Both the position numbers and the translations under genes were made by a program. From positions 1 to 37,366 of the forward strand of contig JAJECZ010000193.1 in assembly GCA_022821735.1 (NCBI GenBank): 37,366 nt of DNA, written 5' to 3'. Below are positions 18,619 through 27,686 of this stretch, piece after piece (within the stretch, counting starts at the first letter, position 1; each line of letters starts with the position of its first letter). The notes under the pieces were generated by a model. That model was not told the origin of the DNA. It saw only the letters and a program-made list of their open reading frames with translations, and made no database searches. The stretch is from Alphaproteobacteria bacterium (lineage in GTDB: Bacteria; Pseudomonadota; Alphaproteobacteria; Bin95).

Positions 18619-18828
18619 CAGGCGTTGGTTGCCGACAGCCGCAGCCATGCACCGGTCCCTCCAATGATCCCGGGGCGCGAACGCCACGGACGCCCGCCCG
18701 GAAGAAAAAGAACAGGAAGACGCCCACGAAATTGCCGATATGCAGTACGTTGAGCCGATGTTGCATGTTGGGCGGGACTCGCCCATGAATTGTCGTTCGA
18801 TGCGAGCCGAAGACAGGAGACCGTCTGC

Positions 18829-19092
18829 ATGATCGAGGAAACCGCCCTGACGAAAGGTCAAGTCCGGAAGCTCACTGCCCTTCGCAAATCCCTCGGGCCT
18901 GCCATTGCCGACGAGGCATTTGCCAAATGGCTCGGCCAGCGGGTCGAGGCGCCAGAGGCCGACAGGGACGCGGAGGTCATCTCGGATGCGCTGTGGACTC
19001 TGGTCCAGGCAGGCAGGCTTTCGATCCGGCGGGGCGGCTACATCGTGCGGCGAGGCCGTAGGCGCGTCATCGTCGAACCGGGCGAAGCCTGA
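18829..19092 (+). CDS. Small basic hypothetical protein
   Basis: AGGAGA RBS then ATG 18829; LTKGQVRKLTALRKSLG...IRRGGYIVRRGRRRVIV. Confidence 0.7.
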   Translation: MIEETALTKGQVRKLTALRKSLGPAIADEAFAKWLGQRVEAPEADRDAEVISDALWTLVQAGRLSIRRGGYIVRRGRRRVIVEPGEA

Positions 19093-19524
19093 CCGCCGGC
19101 GACAAACCCGTCGGCTCCGCGTGCGGGACGCAGCAAGGAATGGCACGAAGGTGGAAACAGCACAGGGACAGACAAAGAGCGCCTCCACGTCGAATCCGTG
19201 CGCTTGCGACACGATGACGGATGTCACCGCCCACTCGTCCATCCGGTACAGGGAATGCAAGCAGAGCGCCAACTTGGGCTCCCTGAGCGCTCCCCAGCCG
19301 CCCCGGCGTGACAGAACCGGCAGAAATGTGCCTTCACGGGTCTAGAGGGAAACGGCATGTCCTCAGGTAGTCCAGCCATTCATGCCAACAGTAAACCACC
19401 GAAGGGTCACCCCGACCGTCACCTTACATTGCCAAGGTGGACACGAACCGTCAGAAATGCGATCAAGGTGGTCGATGACGTTGAAGTATTCCACTGACGC
19501 GCAGCTCTTGCCAGGAACCGACAA

Positions 19525-20907
19525 TTGGATGCAGCTAGGGCGCAGCGAATCTTCAGCGACCTCCAAGGCGTATCCGTCGGCGGATGGATTGTAAGCCGGT
19601 ACATCGGCCATGGTGGATCAGCAGTCGTCTTGGAAGGTCGCCGAGGAGGTGTTGTCTCTGCATTAAAGTTGATCGACCCCGAACTTGTTGAACGATTTGG
19701 GAAAGAACGACAAATAGCTCGCATTCGCCGAGAAGGTGAGCTAATTGCACACGACAATCCATATTTGGTTAAAATATACGATGCCAACGTGTGTTTAGAG
19801 ACCGACTACCTTTATGTGGCCATGGAATTGCTAGAAACCCCAACCCTGACAGACTTGATTCCTGATTTCCCTCGTGACAAAATTCTCCCTATACTTGAAC
19901 AAGTAGCTCATGCCGCCAAATACCTGGAAGCGAAAAATTTTGCTCATAGAGACATTAAACCGGATAACGTTTCAATCACCGCAGATTACAAGACAGCTAA
20001 ACTTCTTGATCTTGGCATTATTCGTCCCGTGCTAATCGAGAACACCGGCAACGTTACTGAAGATGCCTTTATTGGTACCACTCGGTACAGCTCTCCAGAA
20101 TACTTAACTCGTGAAGGAGATGGGGACAGCCCATGCCGCTGGCGCTCCTTAACCTTCTATCAACTAGGAGCGCTTCTACACGACATGATAATGAGGCGAC
20201 CGCTTTTTCATGACATTGATCACCCCCGAACCCGGCTCACTGACGCGGTCCGCTACACTACACCCGCAATCGAGTGTGCCGAGGTACACCCTAGGCTTGT
20301 GTCTCTAGCGAAGTGTTGTTTGCACAAGAACTGGCGTCTTCGATTAAATCTAGTAACTTGGGACGCCTTTTCAACGAATCCCAGGGCAATTGATGCTCGT
20401 TCGGCGAAACAGAGGGTACTCGACCGCGTTGAGGCGGGACGAGGCTCTGCCGCTGAGCCGGAAACGCCGGTAGCAGTGCGTTCTCAAAGGAGTGTAGTGG
20501 CGGGCATTCGTGCTCATATGGCCAATACCATTCATCAATCTTGTACAGAGTCTGGGGCTTTTCCGCCCATCGCGATCAATGATCTGGGAGACCCTGATCA
20601 ACCATGGCTCATCATGCGCGCTGGCCCTTCCCAACAACACGCATTGGCGGATGTTCTGATTGTCGGGTTTCTTCTAGAAGTCCTCGATGAGACTGGCGTG
20701 TACGTTCGGATTAGCGCAGTATCAGCTCTCGGAGAGTCTCAGTTTCATGCTGAAATGCCGGAGCTTTTGCAGGTCTACTCGGGTGAAGTGACGTCGCCGC
20801 AACTACGATCCGAAGTTGACAGCTATATGTTTCTGGCTTTCGATCATGCCCAGAGAAGTATTACTCATCGTGAGTCGAATGTGCTGTCACTAGAGGTGCC
20901 GCAATGA
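19525..20907 (+). CDS. Hanks-type Ser/Thr protein kinase with unknown C-terminal domain
   Basis: IGHGGSAVV, ALKLI, HRDIKPDNV, DLG, GTTRYSSPE. Confidence 0.92.
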   Translation: MDAARAQRIFSDLQGVSVGGWIVSRYIGHGGSAVVLEGRRGGVVSALKLIDPELVERFGKERQIARIRREGELIAHDNPYLVKIYDANVCLETDYLYVAMELLETPTLTDLIPDFPRDKILPILEQVAHAAKYLEAKNFAHRDIKPDNVSITADYKTAKLLDLGIIRPVLIENTGNVTEDAFIGTTRYSSPEYLTREGDGDSPCRWRSLTFYQLGALLHDMIMRRPLFHDIDHPRTRLTDAVRYTTPAIECAEVHPRLVSLAKCCLHKNWRLRLNLVTWDAFSTNPRAIDARSAKQRVLDRVEAGRGSAAEPETPVAVRSQRSVVAGIRAHMANTIHQSCTESGAFPPIAINDLGDPDQPWLIMRAGPSQQHALADVLIVGFLLEVLDETGVYVRISAVSALGESQFHAEMPELLQVYSGEVTSPQLRSEVDSYMFLAFDHAQRSITHRESNVLSLEVPQ

Positions 20908-22073
20908 CAAATGTATTCGAAACCTGGTGGCGTGAGCCTTCGGAACTAGACCACGAGCAGGGGAATGTTATTTCTCTACCACCGGATGGCAGTTATCTTG
21001 TGAAGGGCCCACCGGGCAGCGGGAAGACAAACCTCCTGCTTCTTCGGGCCAATTACGTCACACTCAGGGAACATTCTAATCTTGTGGTTGTAACGTTCAA
21101 CCGGACGTTGAGGGAGTTTATTCAATCTGGTGCCCAAAGGTACTCTTTTGAGCCAAACCGCATTGTGACAGTAAGGCAGTTTTTCAACGAGCTGCTAAAG
21201 GAGGCAAACCACAGCTATGAAGAGGCTGGAGATTTCGGAGAGATGCGGCGGGCTAGGTTGGAAGCTGTTCAGGAGATCGTAGCTAATAGAGGTGGCGCAA
21301 TTTTTGATGTAATCTTGCTGGATGAGGCACAAGACTATGTGTCTGGCGAGATAGAGGTGTTTCGGTCACTTTGCCATGATCTGTTTATGGTAGCGGATTC
21401 TCGGCAACAAATATATCCAGGTGATACGGATATGGGGTTTCTTGAAGATAAGGTTGATGAGCAAATCGAGTTGACGCGTCATTATCGGAACGGTTTGCCT
21501 ATATGTCAAGTCGCGGACGGAATTGGAGGCACGTTCAGTCGCCCCTATACAGCGATTTCACCAACATGCAATTACAATTCTCCGGACCTTCAACCATCAG
21601 TGGAGATTTTTCGCGGAAACTTTGATACACAATGCGAAGAGATAGCTCGCCGGCTACAGAACCAACGAAGAGCGTACCCGGAGGCCGTTCTCGGAGTAAT
21701 TTGCCCGCGACTTAGCGAGGTGAGCCGTATCAGTGAGTTCCTGTCGCGGACGGAGTTGGCGGATCTGGTGTGTGTCCAAACAAGGGAGGATGGGTATCAA
21801 CCGGTGGATCCGAGCAAGCCAATCTGGGTGTCCACGGTGCATAGCGCGAAGGGCTTGGAATTTCGAGCATTGCACTTCGCATCTGCTGAAATCGTCACCC
21901 ATTTTGGCGCGGAACAGAAACGCTTGACCTACACCGCTGTGACTAGGGCGAAGACGGCGCTGAATGTCTATCATGACAGAGCGTTGCCGGGGTACTTTGA
22001 CGCAGCGTTGAATGCTGTTCGACCAGTTGCGAGGCCGAACGCGGATATCGGGGTCGCTTTTGGCACGAAGTGA
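20904..22073 (+). CDS. Minimal superfamily-1 (UvrD/Rep-like) helicase/ATPase
   Basis: GPPGSGKT, LLDEAQD, LTRHYRN, STVHSAKGLEF, YTAVTRAK; only 389 aa; ATGA overlap with the kinase stop. Confidence 0.9.
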   Translation: MTNVFETWWREPSELDHEQGNVISLPPDGSYLVKGPPGSGKTNLLLLRANYVTLREHSNLVVVTFNRTLREFIQSGAQRYSFEPNRIVTVRQFFNELLKEANHSYEEAGDFGEMRRARLEAVQEIVANRGGAIFDVILLDEAQDYVSGEIEVFRSLCHDLFMVADSRQQIYPGDTDMGFLEDKVDEQIELTRHYRNGLPICQVADGIGGTFSRPYTAISPTCNYNSPDLQPSVEIFRGNFDTQCEEIARRLQNQRRAYPEAVLGVICPRLSEVSRISEFLSRTELADLVCVQTREDGYQPVDPSKPIWVSTVHSAKGLEFRALHFASAEIVTHFGAEQKRLTYTAVTRAKTALNVYHDRALPGYFDAALNAVRPVARPNADIGVAFGTK

Positions 22074-23409
22074 AACATACTGGGTGGCGGACTTAAGCCG
22101 CGAAGACATCGTTGAGGTTGCTAGGGGAGGCCCTGCGAACCCGGTGCGAGTGCCTGCCTCGCAGATCCCTAGAATGGATGCGGGACCAGACGGGGCATTG
22201 GCGGTATGGCGTGCAGTATCCAAAGGTGAGCTCGGTTGCCTGCCCCAAGTCATTATTGCAGACCAAGGAGTTCTTGAGGACTTCACCGCGTGGGCAGCGA
22301 CCTATTTCCCAAGCTTGGGTCCCCTAAGTGCCCAAACCCGGTTGCTGACGCCAACGGTCTTGCGAGAGGCGCGTAGGAGAGAGAGCGCGACCAACTGGAG
22401 AAGGCTAGCGGCGTGCGCGGTGGCGCTCTGCTTTGGGGAGGTACTAAGTTATACAGATCAGTCCAGACGAGCGACGGATATTACCTTTATCATGTGCCGG
22501 AGTACACTTTCCTTTACCTTGATACGCAGTGCAATACTGGGTTTTCAACCAAGTAGAATAAAGGAAATAGCGCAATCATGGAGAAGTGTTAGGAGTAGGC
22601 TAGGTCAGTCCACTAACGTGGAGTCTTCACAGCTCGTTCAAGAAATTATATTTGACTTGGCCAAGAAGGCCGAGGTGGGCACAACAGCAAAAGGAAGGGC
22701 ACTGCTGGGTTACGATCTCGATGTGCCTTCAATTCTTGGTAGATATGGCGTATATGGCGTTGGTAATGAAGGGCCTTTATTTTCTAGCCGGCAAAAGCAT
22801 GAACGAAGCCTGACTGCGGAGGAAAGGGTCGAAATATTTGATCGTGTGAGCACGGCGCTGGTGCATGAAGGAGGGCGGGGAGATCTAGAGAAAGGGTTGA
22901 TCTTGGCGACTCTGGCATACTGGTGCAGAGCAGGCTTTCCCCAGCAGTTAGCGATTATGGCGCCCTATCAGGAGGTGTTTCCGCAAAGCACCATATGGTT
23001 AGCCGCGCTACAGCAAGAAAGCGCAAAATCGGATGCGCTAGCGATTGGAGAAGGGATTGGCTGGCGTTTGGCTAGGGAGTTATTTCGCGCCGGGGATGTA
23101 TTTGCCACGCCAAGTTGCGATATATCGGAATTGGAGCTCGAGGTGTTGATGAGAGGAAGCAACTTCAAAGGCTTGACGACTGCCTCGGATAGAGCCCGAC
23201 TGGAAGTGGAATTGTTTCCAGGGGTTACAACGGTTGTGAGAACCGAACACTACTCGGTTCAAAGTCCGGGTGAGGTGCCGATAACTGGCAACACTCTTCA
23301 TAGTGCTTTCGAAGAAAAAGAAAGAGAGAGGGCATTGAAGTCAGTGGAGAGTTCGTTACAGAGAGCCGTTAGGGATATTCAAAGGTTGCGGAGACAAAAA
23401 AGAAGGTAG
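22060..23409 (+). CDS. Hypothetical protein, third gene of the kinase-helicase operon (start TTG 22060 or ATG 22012)
   Basis: Long open frame in low-GC DNA overlapping the helicase stop; coiled-coil-like basic C-terminus; no motif recognised. Confidence 0.8.
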   Translation: MARSETYWVADLSREDIVEVARGGPANPVRVPASQIPRMDAGPDGALAVWRAVSKGELGCLPQVIIADQGVLEDFTAWAATYFPSLGPLSAQTRLLTPTVLREARRRESATNWRRLAACAVALCFGEVLSYTDQSRRATDITFIMCRSTLSFTLIRSAILGFQPSRIKEIAQSWRSVRSRLGQSTNVESSQLVQEIIFDLAKKAEVGTTAKGRALLGYDLDVPSILGRYGVYGVGNEGPLFSSRQKHERSLTAEERVEIFDRVSTALVHEGGRGDLEKGLILATLAYWCRAGFPQQLAIMAPYQEVFPQSTIWLAALQQESAKSDALAIGEGIGWRLARELFRAGDVFATPSCDISELELEVLMRGSNFKGLTTASDRARLEVELFPGVTTVVRTEHYSVQSPGEVPITGNTLHSAFEEKERERALKSVESSLQRAVRDIQRLRRQKRR

Positions 23410-23537
23410 AGCGGTGTGGGTGTCACCCGGCTCATGGCCTTGACCCCTCAGAATCCATTGGGAGCGATTGCTTGTGGATGCTGATCGGCGTCGAAATAGC
23501 GCGCCGAACAACAAGGGCTGCATTATGCGGTCAAGTA

Positions 23538-24458
23538 TCAACTTTTACCCAGAACATCGGTCAGCTTTTGCGCCTTCTGCAGGCTTGCGAACGACGTGTA
23601 GCGAGGGCTCTGCATGGCACCCTGCGGAGCGTTTCCGTAGGGAATAGGCCCGATAGGCTTGGCGCTCTCCGAAAACACAACCTTGTACTTTCCGCCTTCG
23701 CCATAGGGCTCGATACGGGAGACAGGGGCGTAGTGCGTGATGGCGGAAACAGGCTGCGTGCGATATGCGGCGATGTATTTGATCTTGTCGAGCATGCCGC
23801 CGGAGATGCGAATCGCATACCAACAGTGTTGGCCGAGGAACGTCTCCTCGAACCCGTCCTTCTGGGCCGGAACGATGATCGTGTCGCGCTTCCGGCTTGT
23901 CGGCTGTGCGCTGGACAGAGGATCGGTGGCGAACGGAGCCGCGACCGCCTTCGGGAACTCGAAGGCCCGCAGACCGACCAGAGGAAGAATCTGCAGAATC
24001 TCCTTCATGAATCCTTGGGTGTCTGCCTTCTCGGCTTCAGTCAGCGATGGCTCCTGGGGCGCGTTGCCGTTGTCGAGAAGGGAGCGCCCTGTCTCCACAC
24101 CTCGCTTGACGAGGGCATATTCGAGCCAGGTGACGTGCGCCCGGTTCAGTCCGCCGGAGGTCGAAACGAACACCGCGGCCCAATCCCAGAAGTCCTTGTC
24201 CTTGTGGTGCGAATCGATGCGCCCCTTCACGCCGTCGGCCTGCCCGATATAGAGGGTGGGCAGATCGTCATCCTCGTTGCGGTAGCCGACGAGAACGTAG
24301 ATGCCGGTGCGCTGCATTTCGCTGCGCTGGCGAACCTCGGACCAGTCGGACCTGCGAAAAACCAGCCCAAGGCCGGTCCAGTTCATGCGGTCGATCAGGC
24401 GGACCCCTTCCGGATCGCCATCAGGGACAAATATGCGGATGGTGAACGGATCAGCCAT
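23538..24458 (-). CDS. GIY-YIG nuclease family protein with extra C-terminal domain
   Basis: GIYVLVG...LYIGQ..G...RI..H; LEY catalytic Glu region; LDN. ATG overlaps the upstream TAA. Confidence 0.88.
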   Translation of the reverse strand: MADPFTIRIFVPDGDPEGVRLIDRMNWTGLGLVFRRSDWSEVRQRSEMQRTGIYVLVGYRNEDDDLPTLYIGQADGVKGRIDSHHKDKDFWDWAAVFVSTSGGLNRAHVTWLEYALVKRGVETGRSLLDNGNAPQEPSLTEAEKADTQGFMKEILQILPLVGLRAFEFPKAVAAPFATDPLSSAQPTSRKRDTIIVPAQKDGFEETFLGQHCWYAIRISGGMLDKIKYIAAYRTQPVSAITHYAPVSRIEPYGEGGKYKVVFSESAKPIGPIPYGNAPQGAMQSPRYTSFASLQKAQKLTDVLGKS

Positions 24459-25648
24459 TATTGTCTCGCGACGAGAGACGCGGAACTTGCTTCGTATCGA
24501 TATTGGGTAATGGTTCCATCCCGGATCTTTTGAACTGCGTCGTCGATGACGTCGAGAGGCACCAGGAACCACTCGCGCGGCACAACCGGATTGCCGAAGC
24601 GGTCTTCGATCTCGATGTCAAGACGCGCCGGCGCGAAGATGCGGTGGATCAACTGCTCCAGCTTCGCGCGGTCGATGTTGTAGAGACTATAGGTGGCGAC
24701 GATCTGGACCTCGGCCATCAGGAACGTCGGGTCGAGCCGGGCGCCGGCGATGCGCGTTTCCACCTTCGCGGTGGTGACGCCGATTTTATGCACGAGGTCA
24801 CGGTTTTCAGCGACGAACGGAATATCCGCCTTGCTCCGCAGCACGTAGATGGTGCCGCTGGCCTCGTCGCCGTCCGCGGTCATGTCAGCAAACAGCGGAC
24901 CCGCCGACGTCTCCAGTATCCGTCTGCCCTTCTCGTCCTTGTGCAAGGCCCGCTGGAGCGAACGCCTGAGCATGTTGCTCTCGGTGCCGTTATCAAAGAT
25001 CACGCGCAGCCGCGCGTCGCGGTCGCCGTAACGCTGCGTGAACTCCTCGCCCATCTCAGCGACATAGGCTTTCTGCCCGCCAATGATGAAGAACCGGCCG
25101 GGCTCGATGTCGGCCTGGATGCCAAGGGGACGGGTTTCCCGGAGACCGGCGTCCAGTTCCTTCTGGACTTGCTCGAAGAGCGGACGGAACGTCTCGAAGT
25201 CCTCGCATTTGCTGCGGGTCGCGATCTCCTCAGCGGCGCGTTTCTCTGCGCTCGATCGCACGTGGCGGAGTTCGCCAATGTCCGGCGCGGCAGACTCGAC
25301 GCCGAGCTCCGCCAGCAAGGCGTCGTCGTCCATACCGTCCGGGGACGGGGAGGCGGTTTCGGCTGGATGGCTCAGGAGATCCTGATGGTCGAGAGAGGAT
25401 AGCAATTCCCGACATTTATCCTGCTCGCGGATACGGTCCAAACGCACCGCATAGAGACGTTCGAAGATGTCGCCGTCCTCGCTGTGGCGCGGAGCGTGGC
25501 CATGCGCCTCGACGAAACGCTGGATTTCTTCGAAGCCCGCGATGATCCTCTCTTCTTTCGGCGTGCGGCTTGCCGCCTTCTCCGGCTCGACGACGACGCC
25601 GAGGTCCGCGAGCAGGGCGTCGTCCTCGTCGGTGAACTTCCTATCCAT
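24458..25648 (-). CDS. YeeC-like T5orf172 (GIY-YIG superfamily) protein
   Basis: GTIYVLRS, HKIGVT, VETRI, KLEQLIHRIF, PREWF; position after the YeeB-like helicase. Confidence 0.88.
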   Translation of the reverse strand: MDRKFTDEDDALLADLGVVVEPEKAASRTPKEERIIAGFEEIQRFVEAHGHAPRHSEDGDIFERLYAVRLDRIREQDKCRELLSSLDHQDLLSHPAETASPSPDGMDDDALLAELGVESAAPDIGELRHVRSSAEKRAAEEIATRSKCEDFETFRPLFEQVQKELDAGLRETRPLGIQADIEPGRFFIIGGQKAYVAEMGEEFTQRYGDRDARLRVIFDNGTESNMLRRSLQRALHKDEKGRRILETSAGPLFADMTADGDEASGTIYVLRSKADIPFVAENRDLVHKIGVTTAKVETRIAGARLDPTFLMAEVQIVATYSLYNIDRAKLEQLIHRIFAPARLDIEIEDRFGNPVVPREWFLVPLDVIDDAVQKIRDGTITQYRYEASSASLVARQ

Positions 25649-27686
25649 CGGCGGCCGCAGCCTTCATGCGGGCGAGGAACGCCACGCCCTCTGCCATGCG
25701 CTTCTCCCATGGATCCGCTGACGTGATCGACGGCAGGCGGCCGCGCTCCTGCTTGAACCGGAGGGCTCGCCGCGCGAGGTCGCGCGCCTCCTCCGGAGTG
25801 AGTTGGATTTTCTTCGCCGTGATGATGGCGGCGACCTGTTTCAGGCTCTCCTCGCTCATCGCTTTGGCCAGGATCGCGTAGGCCTCGCCGAAGGGGTTGA
25901 TCCTGTCGATCAGGTCGATTTCGAGGTCGCGCACGTCCATGGCGAATTTCCGGACACCGTCGATCAGCGCGGTGCCGCCGTTCGACTGTGCCTGCGGCTC
26001 ATCGAGCACGGCCTCCTTCGCCTTCTGGGTCAGGTTCAGCGCGGCGATGGCGTGCTGGCGAACCGCCTCCCGGTCTTCTTCGGAGAGTTCGGGATATCGA
26101 TCCGTGACGATCTTGCCCATACGGACCTGGGTCAGTTCCTCAGGCACGAGTTCCTCGTCGAACAGCCCGCGCTCTACGGAAGTCCTGTCCTGCGCGAACG
26201 CAGCGATCACCTCGTTCAGATCCTCCCGGCAGATGCGCTCAGCCTCCTTGCCCTTCGGTGCCACCAGTCCCTTGATCTCGATGTGGAACTGGCCGGTATC
26301 GTGATTGAAACCGACATTGCACTTCTCCGGGTCGTAACCTTCGTCGCCGTAGTCGGCGCCCTCGACCGGACCGCTTTCCGGTCTCTTCGGCGTGAAGTTG
26401 AAACGGGGCGCGAGCACCTGCTCCATCAACAGGCTCGCCGCGATAGCCTTGAGCGTATCGTTCACGGCCTCGGTGACCGCCTCTTCCGAGGCGTCGGGCT
26501 CGGCGATCAGGTTGGTGAAGCGGGCGCGGGCCTTACCAGGCGCATCGCGGGTCGCGCGGCCGATGATCTGCACGATCTCGGTCAGGCTGGAGCGGTAGCC
26601 CACCGTCAGCGCGTGATTGCACCAGATCCAGTCGAAGCCCTCCTTGGCCATGCCGAGGGCGACGATGATGTCGACATGGTCGCGGTCGCTCATCCGGTCC
26701 GTGTCCCGGAGCGCGGCAGCGACCGGCTCCCGCCTCACAGGGTCATCGTCGACCAAGTCAGCGATCCGCAGAATGCGGCCTCCGGGCATCCTGACCAGCT
26801 GAAATCCGGTCGTCGCGTCCGTGCCTTCCCACTCGCCCAGCTCCTCGATGATGTGCTCCACCTCACGAATCTTGTCCTTGGTGCTCTCGCGCGAATTGAC
26901 GCTGGGGATGTGGATGATCGTCTTCTCGCCCGGATCGAGCACCCGCAGGATGTCGTCGGCATAGTTCCCTGTGTAGAAGAAATAACCGATGTCGAGCCGC
27001 TTCAGATACTCATAGCCGTTGAGCTGCTCGTAGTAGGTATATGTGACGGTCTCGAACCGCGCCTCGTCGTGGGGCATAAGCACGGGCTGGGCATCGCCCC
27101 GAAAGTACGATCCCGTCATGGCCACGATATGTGTCCGGTCGCGGGCAATGAGCTGTCCGACATGCTCGCCCAGCCGATTGTCGGGATTGGCCGAGACGTG
27201 GTGGAACTCGTCGACCGCGATCAGTCGGCCGTCGAAAGCATCCGCGCCGAACCGTTCCATGGCGAAGCGGAAGGTGGCGTGGGTGCATACCAGGACGCGG
27301 TCATCGCTCTTGAGAAAGGTCTTGACGGAATTGACCTTGCCGCCGTCCGTGCCCGGAGCGTTGCAGAGGTTCCATTTCGGGGCAACGGTCCAGTCGGCCC
27401 AGAAACCGAACTCGCGCAACGGCGCGTCAGCGAAGCTCGCCCCTATGGTCCTCTCGGGCACGACAATGATTGCCTGACGAAGGCCCTGGTTGTGCAGTTT
27501 GTCGAGCGCGATGAACATCAGCGCCCGGCTCTTGCCCGATGCCGGTGGCGACTTGATCAGGAGGTACTGCTCGCCGCGCTTCTCCCACGCCCTCTCCTGC
27601 ATCGGGCGCATGCCGAGTTCGTTGGATCGGGTGGAACTGCCGCTGCAGGCGTACGTGACGGAAACGGAGGGGGCGCTTTCGTTCAT
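25641..27686 (-). CDS. YeeB-like SF2 DExH helicase
   Basis: SPPASGKS, DEFHH, MTGS, KEGFD, QIIGRATR; start ATG 27686 overlaps the upstream stop. Confidence 0.9.
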   Translation of the reverse strand: MNESAPSVSVTYACSGSSTRSNELGMRPMQERAWEKRGEQYLLIKSPPASGKSRALMFIALDKLHNQGLRQAIIVVPERTIGASFADAPLREFGFWADWTVAPKWNLCNAPGTDGGKVNSVKTFLKSDDRVLVCTHATFRFAMERFGADAFDGRLIAVDEFHHVSANPDNRLGEHVGQLIARDRTHIVAMTGSYFRGDAQPVLMPHDEARFETVTYTYYEQLNGYEYLKRLDIGYFFYTGNYADDILRVLDPGEKTIIHIPSVNSRESTKDKIREVEHIIEELGEWEGTDATTGFQLVRMPGGRILRIADLVDDDPVRREPVAAALRDTDRMSDRDHVDIIVALGMAKEGFDWIWCNHALTVGYRSSLTEIVQIIGRATRDAPGKARARFTNLIAEPDASEEAVTEAVNDTLKAIAASLLMEQVLAPRFNFTPKRPESGPVEGADYGDEGYDPEKCNVGFNHDTGQFHIEIKGLVAPKGKEAERICREDLNEVIAAFAQDRTSVERGLFDEELVPEELTQVRMGKIVTDRYPELSEEDREAVRQHAIAALNLTQKAKEAVLDEPQAQSNGGTALIDGVRKFAMDVRDLEIDLIDRINPFGEAYAILAKAMSEESLKQVAAIITAKKIQLTPEEARDLARRALRFKQERGRLPSITSADPWEKRMAEGVAFLARMKAAAADG

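Noticed and set aside
17746-18767. 8-bp inverted pair CATGCAAC / GTTGCATG flanking the OMP gene, and ATGTYGCAT upstream of both plus-strand genes
   Set aside because: Too short, does not extend, no transposase or target duplication; compatible with chance.
19525-22073. Assignment of the kinase-helicase pair to Mokosh, BREX/Pgl or TerY-P
   Set aside because: No PLD nuclease, PglX/PglZ, vWA or PP2C partner is present, and kinase and helicase are separate short proteins.
19340-23470. Searched for att sites or direct repeats bounding the low-GC kinase island (GTCACCC occurs on both sides)
   Set aside because: Only a 7-bp match; not distinguishable from chance.
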